Origin: an uncultured bacterium
Lineage (GTDB): Bacteria > Electryoneota > AABM5-125-24 > Hatepunaeales > Hatepunaeaceae
Reading direction: 5' to 3'
Assembly (NCBI GenBank): GCA_964627035.1
Contig: CAZVKN010000012.1
Location: 22,925 to 86,924, forward strand
Length of the DNA: 64,000 bases
Numbering within the stretch: position 1 is the stretch's first letter; each line of letters opens with the position of its first letter. A program made the translations under genes and the position numbers. The notes under the pieces were generated by a model. The model was not told the origin of the DNA and did not search any database. It saw only the letters and a program-made list of their open reading frames with translations. Positions 18,411 to 28,667 of this stretch are shown piece by piece.

Positions 18411-19463
18411 ATGAAAGAACAACAACAATACAAATCTGTATCCCTGTTCAGGAAGCGGTTGCAAAAGTTCAAATCGCTGAAACGTGGATATGTCTCATTC
18501 CTTGTTATCATCGTCCTGTACATCATCTCTTTCTTCTGTCCACTATTGATGAACAACAAGGCGTTGGTGGTCAAGTATAACGGTGATCTGTACTTTCCCG
18601 TCTTCAAGTATCACACCGCCAAGTCGTTCGGTCAGGAGAAATACGGCGAGGCAGATTACCGACGTCTGAAGCAGGAATTCAAAGAGGATGACAGTGAAAA
18701 CTGGGTGATGATGCCGTTTTATCCGTACGGTCCGTTTGAAAGTCTTACGGACAAATCGAGCAACCCACCCAATGCACCGAGTAAAGGTCACTGGTTTGGA
18801 ACGGATGACCGCGGGAGAGATGTGTTTGTTCGGCTGGCATACGGTTTCAACATTTCTATTTCGTTTGCTCTGCTGGTGATGACCGTCGCTTATACCATCG
18901 GTATTTCCATAGGTGCGACACTCGGTTATTTCGGTGGTCGTTATGACATTACGGTTCAACGTTTGATCGAGGTCTGGTCTTCGATTCCTTTCCTTTACAC
19001 TGTTATCATTATCAGCTCGATTGTCAAGCCTAACTTCACGCTGCTGGTCTTCCTGCTCTGTCTGTTTGGGTGGATGGGCATGACTTATTACATTCGCGGT
19101 GAGTTTTATCGGGAGAAGGCAAAGGACTATGTTCATGCAGCGATCTCAATGGGAGCGACCGACACGAAGGTTATCTTCAAGCATATACTCCCGAATTCAC
19201 TTACTCCGGTGATTGCTTATGGACCGTTTACTCTTGTAGGGACAATAGGTGCGCTTGTCGCTCTTGACTACCTTGGGTTCGGTCTTCCACCTCCCACGCC
19301 GTCTTGGGGTGAACTTGTAGGTCAGGGTATGTCAAACATCTTTTCGTGGTGGCTGGTACTGTTTCCGCTGGGAGCACTGTTTTGGACTCTTCTGCTTGTG
19401 GTGTTCATCGGTGAGGCTGTCAGACAGGCGTTCGACCCGAGGGAGTTCTCACGACTTAGGTAA
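18411..19463 (+). CDS. ABC transporter permease (OppC/DppC-like)
   Basis: OppC-type N-terminus and an EAA-like loop region. Confidence 0.88.
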   Translation: MKEQQQYKSVSLFRKRLQKFKSLKRGYVSFLVIIVLYIISFFCPLLMNNKALVVKYNGDLYFPVFKYHTAKSFGQEKYGEADYRRLKQEFKEDDSENWVMMPFYPYGPFESLTDKSSNPPNAPSKGHWFGTDDRGRDVFVRLAYGFNISISFALLVMTVAYTIGISIGATLGYFGGRYDITVQRLIEVWSSIPFLYTVIIISSIVKPNFTLLVFLLCLFGWMGMTYYIRGEFYREKAKDYVHAAISMGATDTKVIFKHILPNSLTPVIAYGPFTLVGTIGALVALDYLGFGLPPPTPSWGELVGQGMSNIFSWWLVLFPLGALFWTLLLVVFIGEAVRQAFDPREFSRLR

Positions 19464-19467
19464 ACAG

Positions 19468-19550
19468 TATCGGTAGGGGCTTGATTTATCAAATCCGAAA
19501 TAAGTAAACATTTTACAGGCGTGATGAATCACGCCCCTACCGAAGAAATA
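19468..19550. terminator. nested hairpin between convergent genes (putative bidirectional terminator)
   Basis: cGGTAGGGGC...caGGCGTGAtgaaTCACGCCCCTACCg. Confidence 0.55.
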
Positions 19551-19963
19551 GCTTCCGGAAGTCCCTCCACAAATTCCCTGATCTCATCTCTTATCCTTCT
19601 GTAAATGCTAAGTGCCTCATCATCACTCGTCGCATTTTCTGCCAACTTCGGTGGATCATCAAAACCGTGATGCAGAACTGTTGTGTCACCGGGAAAGATC
19701 GGGCAGTTTTCATCAGCATGACCGCATACCGTAATCACATAATCGAATTGAATGTCTGCAAGCCGATCAACATGTTTTGATTCGTGTCTCGACATATCCA
19801 CTCCGGCTTCAGCCATCACTTTTACTGCGTTTTGATTGAGTCCGTGAGTCTCAATTCCTGCTGAGTAAGGTTCAATTTCATCACTCTTCAGATAGCGCGC
19901 CCAACCCTCAGCCATCTGGCTCCTGCAGGAGTTTCCGGTGCACAGGAACAGAATTTTTAGCAT
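19529..19963 (-). CDS. arsC: arsenate reductase, LMW-PTP family (thioredoxin-coupled ArsC)
   Basis: CTGNSCRSQMAEG P-loop and the downstream Cys pair VCGHADENCP. Confidence 0.88.
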   Translation of the reverse strand: MLKILFLCTGNSCRSQMAEGWARYLKSDEIEPYSAGIETHGLNQNAVKVMAEAGVDMSRHESKHVDRLADIQFDYVITVCGHADENCPIFPGDTTVLHHGFDDPPKLAENATSDDEALSIYRRIRDEIREFVEGLPEAISSVGA

Positions 19964-22179
19964 TATCTATATCTTCTCAGTCGAAGGCTGTTTGATACAA
20001 CAGATAGAGAGCTGAGTGCCATCACCGCTGCAGCAATCATCGGCGAGAGCAGTTTTCCGGTCAGCGGATATAGCACACCGGCAGCTACCGGAATGGTCAC
20101 ACTGTTGTAGAAAAATGCCCAAAACAGATTCTGCTTGATGATCCTGACACTTTTCCTTGCCAATCTGATAGCATACGCCACCCCGCTTGGATCTGATCCG
20201 ATCAACGTCACATCCGATGCCTCAAGCGCAATATCGCTGCCACTCCCAATCGCAAAGCCGACATCCGCCTGAGCCAAAGCCGGAGCATCGTTTATACCGT
20301 CTCCAATCATGCCGATTTTTTCGTCATTCTTCTGGTACTCTATGACCTGATCCACCTTTTCATCCGGAAGAACTTCGGAAACAACTCGATCAATGCCGAC
20401 CTGTTCGGCGATTCTGTCTGCTGTTGCTGTCCGATCACCGCTTACCAACACTGTTTCTATTCCAAGTCGTTTTAATTCAGCTATCGCTTCTATTGAGGTT
20501 GCTCGGATTTCATCGGATAGACCGATCCACCCGAGCAGTTGATTCCCGCGACCGACTCCCAATATGCTGTGCCCCTTTTGCAACAACTCTTCGAGTGATT
20601 GCTCGTGATCGGAATCTATCATAACTCCGTTCTCAGTCAGCCAATCCGGTGATCCGACATAAACATGAGTTCCTGTCAGTTTTGCACTGATCCCTCTGCC
20701 TGTGACGGATTTATACTCTGTAATGGATTCAATCGGCAGATTGCGGTTATCAGCTTCGGTCAGTATGGCAGCAGCGAGCGGATGCTCCGATCCCTGTTCA
20801 GCGGAAGCAGCTATAGAGAGGAGTTCGTTCTCATCAACACCATCCGACACTCTGATCCCACTCACTGTCGGTTTGCCGACTGTGATTGTACCGGTTTTGT
20901 CGAATAGAACCTTGTTCAACTTTGCAGTGGTTTCGATGGTCTCTCCACCTTTGAACACAATTCCTCTGCGTGCGGCGGTTCCACTGCTCACCAGTACAGC
21001 AGTCGGTGTTGCCAACCCCATAGCACAGGGACAGGCGATGATCAGAATTGATACAAAGGTGGTCAGTCCATATAGCAGTTGAGGCTCGGGACCAATCATT
21101 AACCATGTTACTAATGTTATCAGTGCCAGAACGAGCACAATCGGAACGAAGATTCCTGCTACCTTATCTGCCAATCGTTGTATCGGTGCCTTGGATCCCT
21201 GCGCCTGCTCGACCAGTCGGATTATACCGGATAGAGTCGTATCGCTTCCGATACGGGCAGCTCGCATCAGAAAAGAGCCTGCGCTGTTCAATGTGCCCCC
21301 GTAAAGTGAATCACCCTCACTCTTCTCAACAGGAAGCGGCTCACCTGTCAACATAGACTCATCAACCGAAGAATTACCTTCAATGATCACACCGTCTGTC
21401 GGAATTCGTTCACCGGATCTGACACGGATTATGTCATCAATCTGCAGGTCTCCCGTTGGAATTTCAACGGTCTTATCATCCCGGACAACCTGAGCGGCTC
21501 GTGGAGTTAATTCCATCAATCCGCTGATTGCAGTTGATGCTCTGCTTTTGGCACGAGCCTCAAGGGTTCTTCCGAGCAGGATGAAAGATATTATCATGAC
21601 TGCAGTTTCATAATAGACCGGTGCCGATCCATCGTACCCCGGGAACAGATCAGGAAAAATCGTGGCAATCGTGCTGTACAGATAGGCTGATCCGGTGCCG
21701 AGTGCAATCAGGCTGTTCATGTCCGCAGTCAGATGTCGTGCACGTTTATATGCCTGCACGAAAAACATCTGTCCGGCGAACATGAGAATCAGTGACGTCA
21801 GAGCAAACATGCCCCATCGTGACCAGGTAACCGGCACAAAATCGGTCATCGCCAGAAACAGGACAACTGTCGAGCCGACTCCGGCGATAGTAAACCGTTT
21901 CAGGTAATAATTATACTCTTTTTGATGTAGTTCAAGCGGGCTCGGTGAGCTGTCACCTTCAATAGGAGTTGCAGTATAGCCTCCCTCAGTGATGATGGCT
22001 GCTATTGATTCAAGAGTGGTTGAATCGGGAAGGAAGGAAACCTCGGCTGATTTTGTGGCTAAATTGACGGCTGCAGTGACAACACCGTCGGATGACTCAG
22101 CCATGCGCTCAACGTTTCGAACACATGCAGCGCAGGACATTCCATCAATAGAAAACCTGCCGGTTACCGTTTCAGCCAT
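19963..22179 (-). CDS. copA: copper-translocating P1B-type ATPase
   Basis: [27 protein letters not shown]. Start set at MAETV to avoid a 98-nt overlap. The ORF runs to 22269. Confidence 0.85.
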   Translation of the reverse strand: MAETVTGRFSIDGMSCAACVRNVERMAESSDGVVTAAVNLATKSAEVSFLPDSTTLESIAAIITEGGYTATPIEGDSSPSPLELHQKEYNYYLKRFTIAGVGSTVVLFLAMTDFVPVTWSRWGMFALTSLILMFAGQMFFVQAYKRARHLTADMNSLIALGTGSAYLYSTIATIFPDLFPGYDGSAPVYYETAVMIISFILLGRTLEARAKSRASTAISGLMELTPRAAQVVRDDKTVEIPTGDLQIDDIIRVRSGERIPTDGVIIEGNSSVDESMLTGEPLPVEKSEGDSLYGGTLNSAGSFLMRAARIGSDTTLSGIIRLVEQAQGSKAPIQRLADKVAGIFVPIVLVLALITLVTWLMIGPEPQLLYGLTTFVSILIIACPCAMGLATPTAVLVSSGTAARRGIVFKGGETIETTAKLNKVLFDKTGTITVGKPTVSGIRVSDGVDENELLSIAASAEQGSEHPLAAAILTEADNRNLPIESITEYKSVTGRGISAKLTGTHVYVGSPDWLTENGVMIDSDHEQSLEELLQKGHSILGVGRGNQLLGWIGLSDEIRATSIEAIAELKRLGIETVLVSGDRTATADRIAEQVGIDRVVSEVLPDEKVDQVIEYQKNDEKIGMIGDGINDAPALAQADVGFAIGSGSDIALEASDVTLIGSDPSGVAYAIRLARKSVRIIKQNLFWAFFYNSVTIPVAAGVLYPLTGKLLSPMIAAAVMALSSLSVVSNSLRLRRYR

Positions 22180-23083
22180 GTGCTTCCGCAATTTTGGCAG
22201 CACCGACCACCCCCGCCCAGTTACCAAGCCTGGCTTCTCTGACAGTGAGTGAATTGAGGTATTGGACAAATGCTCTCTTCTTCAGCTCTACTCTGAGCGG
22301 CTCAAACAGCAGCTCACCGGCAGCGGCGACTCCACCGCCAACCACTAACAGCTCGGGATTGAATGTATTTACAAGTCCTGCCATTCCGATTGCGAGTCTT
22401 GTTCCAATGTATTCAAACACACCTCTCCCTTCAGTATCACCCTCGTTTGCCAGCTTATTTACCTCCTGCAATCCTGTTTTTTTGAACTTTGGAGTGTGCT
22501 CTTCTATAAAGCGACGGATTCCGGTGTGACCGATGTAAGCTTCGAGACAACCGACAGCTCCACAGCCGCACTTCGGACCGTCAATGCTGATCGGGATGTG
22601 TCCAAGCTCGCCGCCACCGCCGTCCACACCTCGTATCAACTGCGAGTTTGAGATCACAGCTCCCCCGACACCTGTCCCGAGAGTGATCGCTATGAAATGA
22701 TGGCATCCCTGTGCTGCTCCGGATGCACCCTCACCGATTGCCATGAGATTAGCATCGTTATCCATTACAATCGGCAGTCTGACTTTCTGACCGACATCTC
22801 TCGCAAGACAGCGGTTTTTCATATCCGGGCAATTTGGAGCTTCAATAATCACCTCAAGTTTTTTGTCCATCAATCCGGCTACAGCCAAACCGACTGATGT
22901 GACCGGTGAAGTCAGATTTTCCTTGATATTTGTGACAATTGATACGAGCTGATCGAGCAATTTTGGATAATCTTGTCCAGCAGAGCTTCTCTCCATCCTC
23001 TTCTCAAACAGATTTCCTGAACCATCCATCGCTGCAGCTTTAACTCGTGTTCCCCCGATGTCAATACCGATTGTTAGACTCAT
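22172..23083 (-). CDS. ROK-family sugar kinase (glucokinase-like)
   Basis: IGIDIGGT...[14 protein letters not shown] signature with Zn cysteines. ATGA overlap with the upstream gene. Confidence 0.85.
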   Translation of the reverse strand: MSLTIGIDIGGTRVKAAAMDGSGNLFEKRMERSSAGQDYPKLLDQLVSIVTNIKENLTSPVTSVGLAVAGLMDKKLEVIIEAPNCPDMKNRCLARDVGQKVRLPIVMDNDANLMAIGEGASGAAQGCHHFIAITLGTGVGGAVISNSQLIRGVDGGGGELGHIPISIDGPKCGCGAVGCLEAYIGHTGIRRFIEEHTPKFKKTGLQEVNKLANEGDTEGRGVFEYIGTRLAIGMAGLVNTFNPELLVVGGGVAAAGELLFEPLRVELKKRAFVQYLNSLTVREARLGNWAGVVGAAKIAEAHG

Positions 23084-25437
23084 CACTCGCTCACCGCTTT
23101 TGCTTTCCAAACTCCATTTGATTCAGTCAGGTTGAAATGCGTTGTTTCTCCGGGTCTGATTCTCGCTGAAGTGAATACTCTTGATTCTAAAGTAGGGTGT
23201 AATACCATTGTAATTGTAAGGTAAGGTTTGCGACCGTGTTGAGAAACAGACCATGATCTGTTCGACTGCTTGGTGATGATAATTCTGCTGTCACTGTCAC
23301 CGGCTTCTATGGTTACTGCACCCCATCTGTTCGGGATCATGGGTTCGATTCGCACTTCAGCCGATCTCCTCCACTCCAAACCGATGATATTGTCCATCAT
23401 TACTCTGATATATTCGGCTGTAGAAGTGCTGTGAACCGGGTTGCGGACGATATTATTACCGGTCGGCATCGGATCACCGTTTTCCACTTCAGGCAGACCG
23501 CCAATCAAACCGGATTCCAGCACACGGTGACTTAACCTGTCAACAAGATGCTGAAGGCTGTCGAGCTGCCCGACCGACCTGTACATGTCAGCCAGCCTTC
23601 CCGCAGTCCAGACCAACAGGTCACCGCGGGACAACACGCCCTGCGGTCTATCAGGAAGATAAAACTCATGAGTTGATTGGTAGTGAGGGTCAGATGATGC
23701 CAGACTTCGGAAACCTGCATCGCCGATCAGACCCACTTCTGCTGCATTACCAAGCAATTCGCGATTAAGTTTTACATTGTCATTTTGGTGCCATCCCAAT
23801 GCAAGAATGTGCGAAACAGTCTGTGTGCTGTCATCAATCAGTTCCGGTCTGATCTTTTCGTCTATCCGATCTTTTCTGCTGTAGCCTTCGGAAAACAGCA
23901 GAACTCTGTCCAGCCGTTGATCGTATAGTGTTTTATAACGCCTTTTTACCGCCGACAGACTCAACGGTAGTCTGTATTGACCTGTCTGCCCGCTGATTGT
24001 GGGTGGATATACCGATTCGTCCGGCTGGAACATGCTCGTATTTATTCCATTAAAAAAACCTTGTGGGAATTGTCCGGCAATTTTGCTGTCACCGACAAAC
24101 TCGCGAGCTATTGCTGAGAGGAATTGCGATTCTATAGTCGCGCCTTGTCTCACATTTCCGAGATAGTCACTGTCGTTAATCTCAAAACCCATCTCATAGC
24201 GATCTGATGCCGTCTTGAGATATTCACCGAGGCGCTCAGTAAGGGCATTCCGATACAGAGTATCCACGCTGTTGAAATAGTTCTGCAGATCCTTTAAGGC
24301 AAGCACGGACAGCCCTCCAGTCCCGCTGTATTTTGCATTGCGACCGTCCGGGAAAATTTCCGTTGCGAAATAGCCCTTGGTTAGTGGATTTTGTCCCTCC
24401 TCATTCGCCGGTTTGAGCAGTTCTGTCAATAGCTGATACGCTCTGTCCGGATCGCTCTGAGAGCGAAAGAGTCCTTTTGCTGAAAGCGCAGTATGCCACC
24501 CGGAACCGTACGGTGAGTGAGGAAGCCCGGCATACATAGTATGGTTGTCGTTATATACTGTGAGAAGTTTGGCGAGTGTCATCCTCGACCAGGCAAACGC
24601 ATGTTCAACCGCTTTGTATTGACAAGTGAAAGCAAATTTATCAAGCTGTCTGATTGAGTGTTTTCGTCGTTGATCCCTCCAATCTTCTTGTGAAGTCAGT
24701 ATTGAATCCGCAAGGACTGCGCCGGTTGACAAGGCAAACTGAAACGACTTTTCCCCTTTGATTTTAATCTCACCGGGAAAATACAGGTTGGCAAATTCGA
24801 TGTCACCTGTACTCTGTCCCCGTTCATAAACAGTTTCAATAACTTCATCTATCTCAACGAATTTGCTGTTTTCAGGGCACGAGACTGAGTAGCTCCTCTC
24901 GTTGGTAAATCGAACTTCGAGGCGACTGCTGCTATAGATCCAGTTTGATCGGTAATCCGGTGTATCTGTGAGATAGTGAAGTCCTGAAACAGACTGCTGG
25001 TCGAATATCGGACGGAAAGAAATCGTCTTTTTGGTTGGGTTTGATATAGTAAAAAGCAGTCCGTGAATGTAAGGGGGCAGTTCAATGCGAACCTTCAAAC
25101 CTGATTTATATTGGCGCTCTATCCATTCGGGATGTACGATGCAAAACAACGGATCAACATCCATCCGTCTCTGGTCACTTGAAAGTTCCCAGTCAGCGAC
25201 AATCCGGTCGCCAAATCTAAACAGACCGTACTCACCGTGTTTCACCTGCCGTAGCGCATCATCGAAATAGTAGCCGCCGACGCCGTCGGAGAGAAGTACC
25301 TGACGGGAAAATCCTTCGGCATAGACCGTATCTGACAGGCTGTCAATATAGGACTCGTCAATGATTGGAGAGAGCTTTTCCCCGCATCCAACTGTTAAGA
25401 GCGAGACACACACTATTACTAAAGGTATTAACATCAC
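23083..25437 (-). CDS. large lipoprotein, possible six-hairpin glycosidase / glycogen-debranching-like
   Basis: 784 aa. Lipobox LLTVGCGE. Coupled to the ROK kinase. Family assignment is tentative and rests on composition only. Confidence 0.35.
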   Translation of the reverse strand: MMLIPLVIVCVSLLTVGCGEKLSPIIDESYIDSLSDTVYAEGFSRQVLLSDGVGGYYFDDALRQVKHGEYGLFRFGDRIVADWELSSDQRRMDVDPLFCIVHPEWIERQYKSGLKVRIELPPYIHGLLFTISNPTKKTISFRPIFDQQSVSGLHYLTDTPDYRSNWIYSSSRLEVRFTNERSYSVSCPENSKFVEIDEVIETVYERGQSTGDIEFANLYFPGEIKIKGEKSFQFALSTGAVLADSILTSQEDWRDQRRKHSIRQLDKFAFTCQYKAVEHAFAWSRMTLAKLLTVYNDNHTMYAGLPHSPYGSGWHTALSAKGLFRSQSDPDRAYQLLTELLKPANEEGQNPLTKGYFATEIFPDGRNAKYSGTGGLSVLALKDLQNYFNSVDTLYRNALTERLGEYLKTASDRYEMGFEINDSDYLGNVRQGATIESQFLSAIAREFVGDSKIAGQFPQGFFNGINTSMFQPDESVYPPTISGQTGQYRLPLSLSAVKRRYKTLYDQRLDRVLLFSEGYSRKDRIDEKIRPELIDDSTQTVSHILALGWHQNDNVKLNRELLGNAAEVGLIGDAGFRSLASSDPHYQSTHEFYLPDRPQGVLSRGDLLVWTAGRLADMYRSVGQLDSLQHLVDRLSHRVLESGLIGGLPEVENGDPMPTGNNIVRNPVHSTSTAEYIRVMMDNIIGLEWRRSAEVRIEPMIPNRWGAVTIEAGDSDSRIIITKQSNRSWSVSQHGRKPYLTITMVLHPTLESRVFTSARIRPGETTHFNLTESNGVWKAKAVSE

Positions 25438-25526
25438 AAACCCCTGCTATAATGATCTTGTACCAATTTAATCAAAAAAACCTCAAAACGAACAGATATG
25501 TTTCGGTAATACGGCAGGCTCACTGT

Positions 25527-28415
25527 TTATCGCTTAAAAAAGCTGATAATGCCGGATTCAAGCTCTTCGCTGTCTTTTGGTTTGATGATTGTTCCCGGCA
25601 CAGCCTGGCGGAATTTCTGACCGTATCCTTTGGTCACCGTGCGTGAATCGAGCACCAATATAACGCCACGATCCGTAGTAGAACGGATCAATCTGCCTGT
25701 GCCCTGTCTCAATTTAAGAGCAGCCGAAGGGATTTGATATTCATAGAATGGGTTGCCACCTTCTTCTTTTATCTTGTCAATTCGGGTTGCCACTATCGGG
25801 TCGTCCGGAACGGCAAATGGCAATCTTGGGATAACCACGATCTGAAGGGCGTCACCCGGCACATCAATTCCTTCCCACAGTGAGCTTGCTCCGAGCAGGA
25901 TTGCCCCCTTTGAATGTCGCAGTCTTCTGACGAGACGCTCACGTTGACCGGAACCGCCTTGCACTAGTATGTCCAAATTTGTTCCGCTAAGTTGCTGTTC
26001 CAACAGTCTCCGAACATATCTCATAGAGTTATACGATGTAAACAGAATCAGTGTACCGAGCCCAAGCTTGCGCGAAAGCGAACCGACTATGTCCGCTACT
26101 GCTTTTGTATGCCCGGTCGGATCTTCCGCCGGTGAGGGGATGTATGTCGGGTAACAGACAAGACAGTTAGCACGGTAGTCAAACGGTGATCCGTAAACTG
26201 CGGCTTCAAATGTCTCCGGTGGAAGCAGATCGAGCCCCAATCTGTGAGCAAGGTGAGTGAATCCGGATGAACCGCCTCCGGTTGTGAGCGTAGCTGATGT
26301 CAATATCGCGGCTTCAAACCTGTCCCACAGTCCTGTCTTAAGGATTTCAGACACATCGAGTGGTGCGCTCATAAGACGCAGTGGACGTTTGACTTCAGGC
26401 GGAATATCAGTCCAATAGACGCGATTCTCATCATTAGCGTCAAGAGAAATTTTTAGTTCTTCAACCAAATTGACCAACTCATTCATCGCTGCAGCAAGCT
26501 CCTGCACGGGAATAGAGGAGCTAATCTCTTCTTCACCCAATGTTATCAGTTTCTGTAACTGTGACAGTTGGCTACCCATACCGACCAATCCACTTAGTAA
26601 CGGTTGCCCGGCTTGAGACAGAAGAAGATGATCTTTACCTCCTTGATTGTACCGGACAGGAGTAGAATATGGATTGTCAGACCTCCGTTTATCGGCGAAC
26701 AGCTCCTGCAGTTGAGTAAACAACTGCTCGACCGTCGGTGTCAGGTCAGCCACGTCAGCAGCGATCTTTTCCAGCTTTTGAGAGAGATCATCACCCGATG
26801 CCATCAAAGTTACCCACAGCTCACCGTTGCGCTTGCAGATTCTCCCGATTCTATCGAGCGTAAACCGCACACCGGGTGCTACGAGGTCGGTTCCAAATTG
26901 ATCTGTGGCAACCTCCTCCAGATGGTGTGCTTCGTCAAACACAATCTTACCGACATCACCAAGCAGTCCCCCCTCTCCGCGGGCATCAGCGAGAACCAGA
27001 CTGTGATTGACTACCACAAGATCGGCATTTTGAGCTGCCCGGCGAATGCGTGGCAGAGGACAGCTCATTCCTTCGCAAATCCTGCCTGTGCAGTATCCCG
27101 CTTCAGATACTATTTGCAAAAAAAAGCTGTCTCTATTCTCGGAACGAATGCAGCTGATCTCACCGATGTCCCCGGTAGTGGTCGCATTCACCCACCGCAC
27201 AATCAGCGCAGCTTTTTCCTGCATGATGGGAGACTGTATGCGCGACGGATTATTCGCCCAGGTACGCCATTTGGTTCTGCACAAATAGTTGCGTCGTCCC
27301 TTGAGTAGTGCTGCTTTGAATCCGAATTTGAACAGCTTACCCAGCTTTGGAATTTCATCGTAGAATAGTTGATCCTGTAGGTTCTTCGTATGTGTTGACA
27401 GCACCACACGTTCACCGGAAAGCAGCGCAGGGATCAGGTATCCCAACGATTTACCCACACCTGTCCCAGCTTCGACCATCAGGAAGCTATCAGTTTGAAA
27501 AGCCTCAGCCACCTTAACCGCCATGTCAGCCTGCTGTGGTCGGATCTCATAATCTGGCATCAACTGCCTGAATCGGTCAACCTCGTTGAAAAAGCGATAT
27601 ATCTGATGATCCGGTATCGGCTCACTCGGTCGTGTTTCTCCATCAGCTTTGTAGATGTTGTTCCTGTCCAGAATCTGTCCGGTCAAAGGATCCGGAGCTG
27701 ATCTGTCGGTTCTAAAGCCATGAGTTAATGCTCTGCGGACAGCCCGAAAGCTGTTTGCGAGGGGCGAAGATGTGCCCTCGACGAATCGAAACCCTTGAGT
27801 AATCTGATCGTACGGAACTGCAGCAGCTTCCGGCATCAGTTTGCTGAACAGTTCTCCGGTTGCAGCAGCATCGTCAACCGCGCGATGTACAGGACGAGTT
27901 TTAGTTTTATACAGTGCTGACAGGCTTTTCAAACCGTAGCTGTCAATGCACGGGAGTAAGAATCTTGCCAGTGGGCTCGTATCGTGGACTCGTCCGATCA
28001 GTTGTGATGTAGCAAAGATGGAAGTGGGTTTTCCTGTGAAGGATGAGTCAATCTGGAACGGTTCAGCCTCTTTCAGGAAGCTTAGGTCGAAGGAGACGTG
28101 GTGTCCGAGGATCGGCAGATCACTGATGAAATCTTTGAATGCCTGTGAAACTTCTTCAAGCGGCGGGGCATCGGTCAGATCTGCGTTTTTAATGCCGGTA
28201 AGATTGGTTATTTCAGTAGGGAGTGATCTTACCGTAGGCTTAACGAGCTGGCTGAACCGTTCAATTTCGACACCGCGTTCAAATCTGACTGCTCCCAGCT
28301 CGATAATTTCGCAGGTCTCGGGATCCAATCCGGTGGTCTCAAGATCAATGGCTACGAATCGTTCTAATCGTGCCGATTTCCAGAATTCAAGGTTATTTTG
28401 ATCACTCTCCACCAT
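25527..28415 (-). CDS. dinG: DinG-family ATP-dependent helicase with N-terminal DnaQ-like 3'-5' exonuclease domain
   Basis: Exo motif FVAIDLETTGLDP. Helicase GTGVGKS and DEAH box VFDEAHHLEE. 962 aa, Bacillus-type architecture. Confidence 0.88.
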   Translation of the reverse strand: MVESDQNNLEFWKSARLERFVAIDLETTGLDPETCEIIELGAVRFERGVEIERFSQLVKPTVRSLPTEITNLTGIKNADLTDAPPLEEVSQAFKDFISDLPILGHHVSFDLSFLKEAEPFQIDSSFTGKPTSIFATSQLIGRVHDTSPLARFLLPCIDSYGLKSLSALYKTKTRPVHRAVDDAAATGELFSKLMPEAAAVPYDQITQGFRFVEGTSSPLANSFRAVRRALTHGFRTDRSAPDPLTGQILDRNNIYKADGETRPSEPIPDHQIYRFFNEVDRFRQLMPDYEIRPQQADMAVKVAEAFQTDSFLMVEAGTGVGKSLGYLIPALLSGERVVLSTHTKNLQDQLFYDEIPKLGKLFKFGFKAALLKGRRNYLCRTKWRTWANNPSRIQSPIMQEKAALIVRWVNATTTGDIGEISCIRSENRDSFFLQIVSEAGYCTGRICEGMSCPLPRIRRAAQNADLVVVNHSLVLADARGEGGLLGDVGKIVFDEAHHLEEVATDQFGTDLVAPGVRFTLDRIGRICKRNGELWVTLMASGDDLSQKLEKIAADVADLTPTVEQLFTQLQELFADKRRSDNPYSTPVRYNQGGKDHLLLSQAGQPLLSGLVGMGSQLSQLQKLITLGEEEISSSIPVQELAAAMNELVNLVEELKISLDANDENRVYWTDIPPEVKRPLRLMSAPLDVSEILKTGLWDRFEAAILTSATLTTGGGSSGFTHLAHRLGLDLLPPETFEAAVYGSPFDYRANCLVCYPTYIPSPAEDPTGHTKAVADIVGSLSRKLGLGTLILFTSYNSMRYVRRLLEQQLSGTNLDILVQGGSGQRERLVRRLRHSKGAILLGASSLWEGIDVPGDALQIVVIPRLPFAVPDDPIVATRIDKIKEEGGNPFYEYQIPSAALKLRQGTGRLIRSTTDRGVILVLDSRTVTKGYGQKFRQAVPGTIIKPKDSEELESGIISFFKR

Positions 28416-28626
28416 GGATGTACCAACTAAAATAGATTGATGAAACTACATGAGAGCCTAATCCTGTAGTTAGGGTTGAGTCCTTTGAATTATTGCTGAT
28501 CTCGTCATTCCCGCGCAGGCGGGAATCCAGAAGAATCAATGCAGGACTGGATTCTGGATCAAGTCCAGAATGACATACAAAGCTTTTATAGAATGTTTCA
28601 AAGGTCTCAGAATTGTCCTCAACCGT

Positions 28627-28658
28627 GACAGTCGGACTTTAGACAAGTCCGACTACAG
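28627..28658. repeat. family A copy 4 (single hairpin, degenerate 5' arm)
   Basis: gacaGTCGGACTTtagacAAGTCCGACtacag. Confidence 0.7.
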
Positions 28659-28667
28659 AGTAATCGT

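Noticed and set aside
26604-27308. 234-aa ORF on the + strand
   Set aside because: Fully antisense to the DinG helicase domain. No RBS. Shadow ORF.
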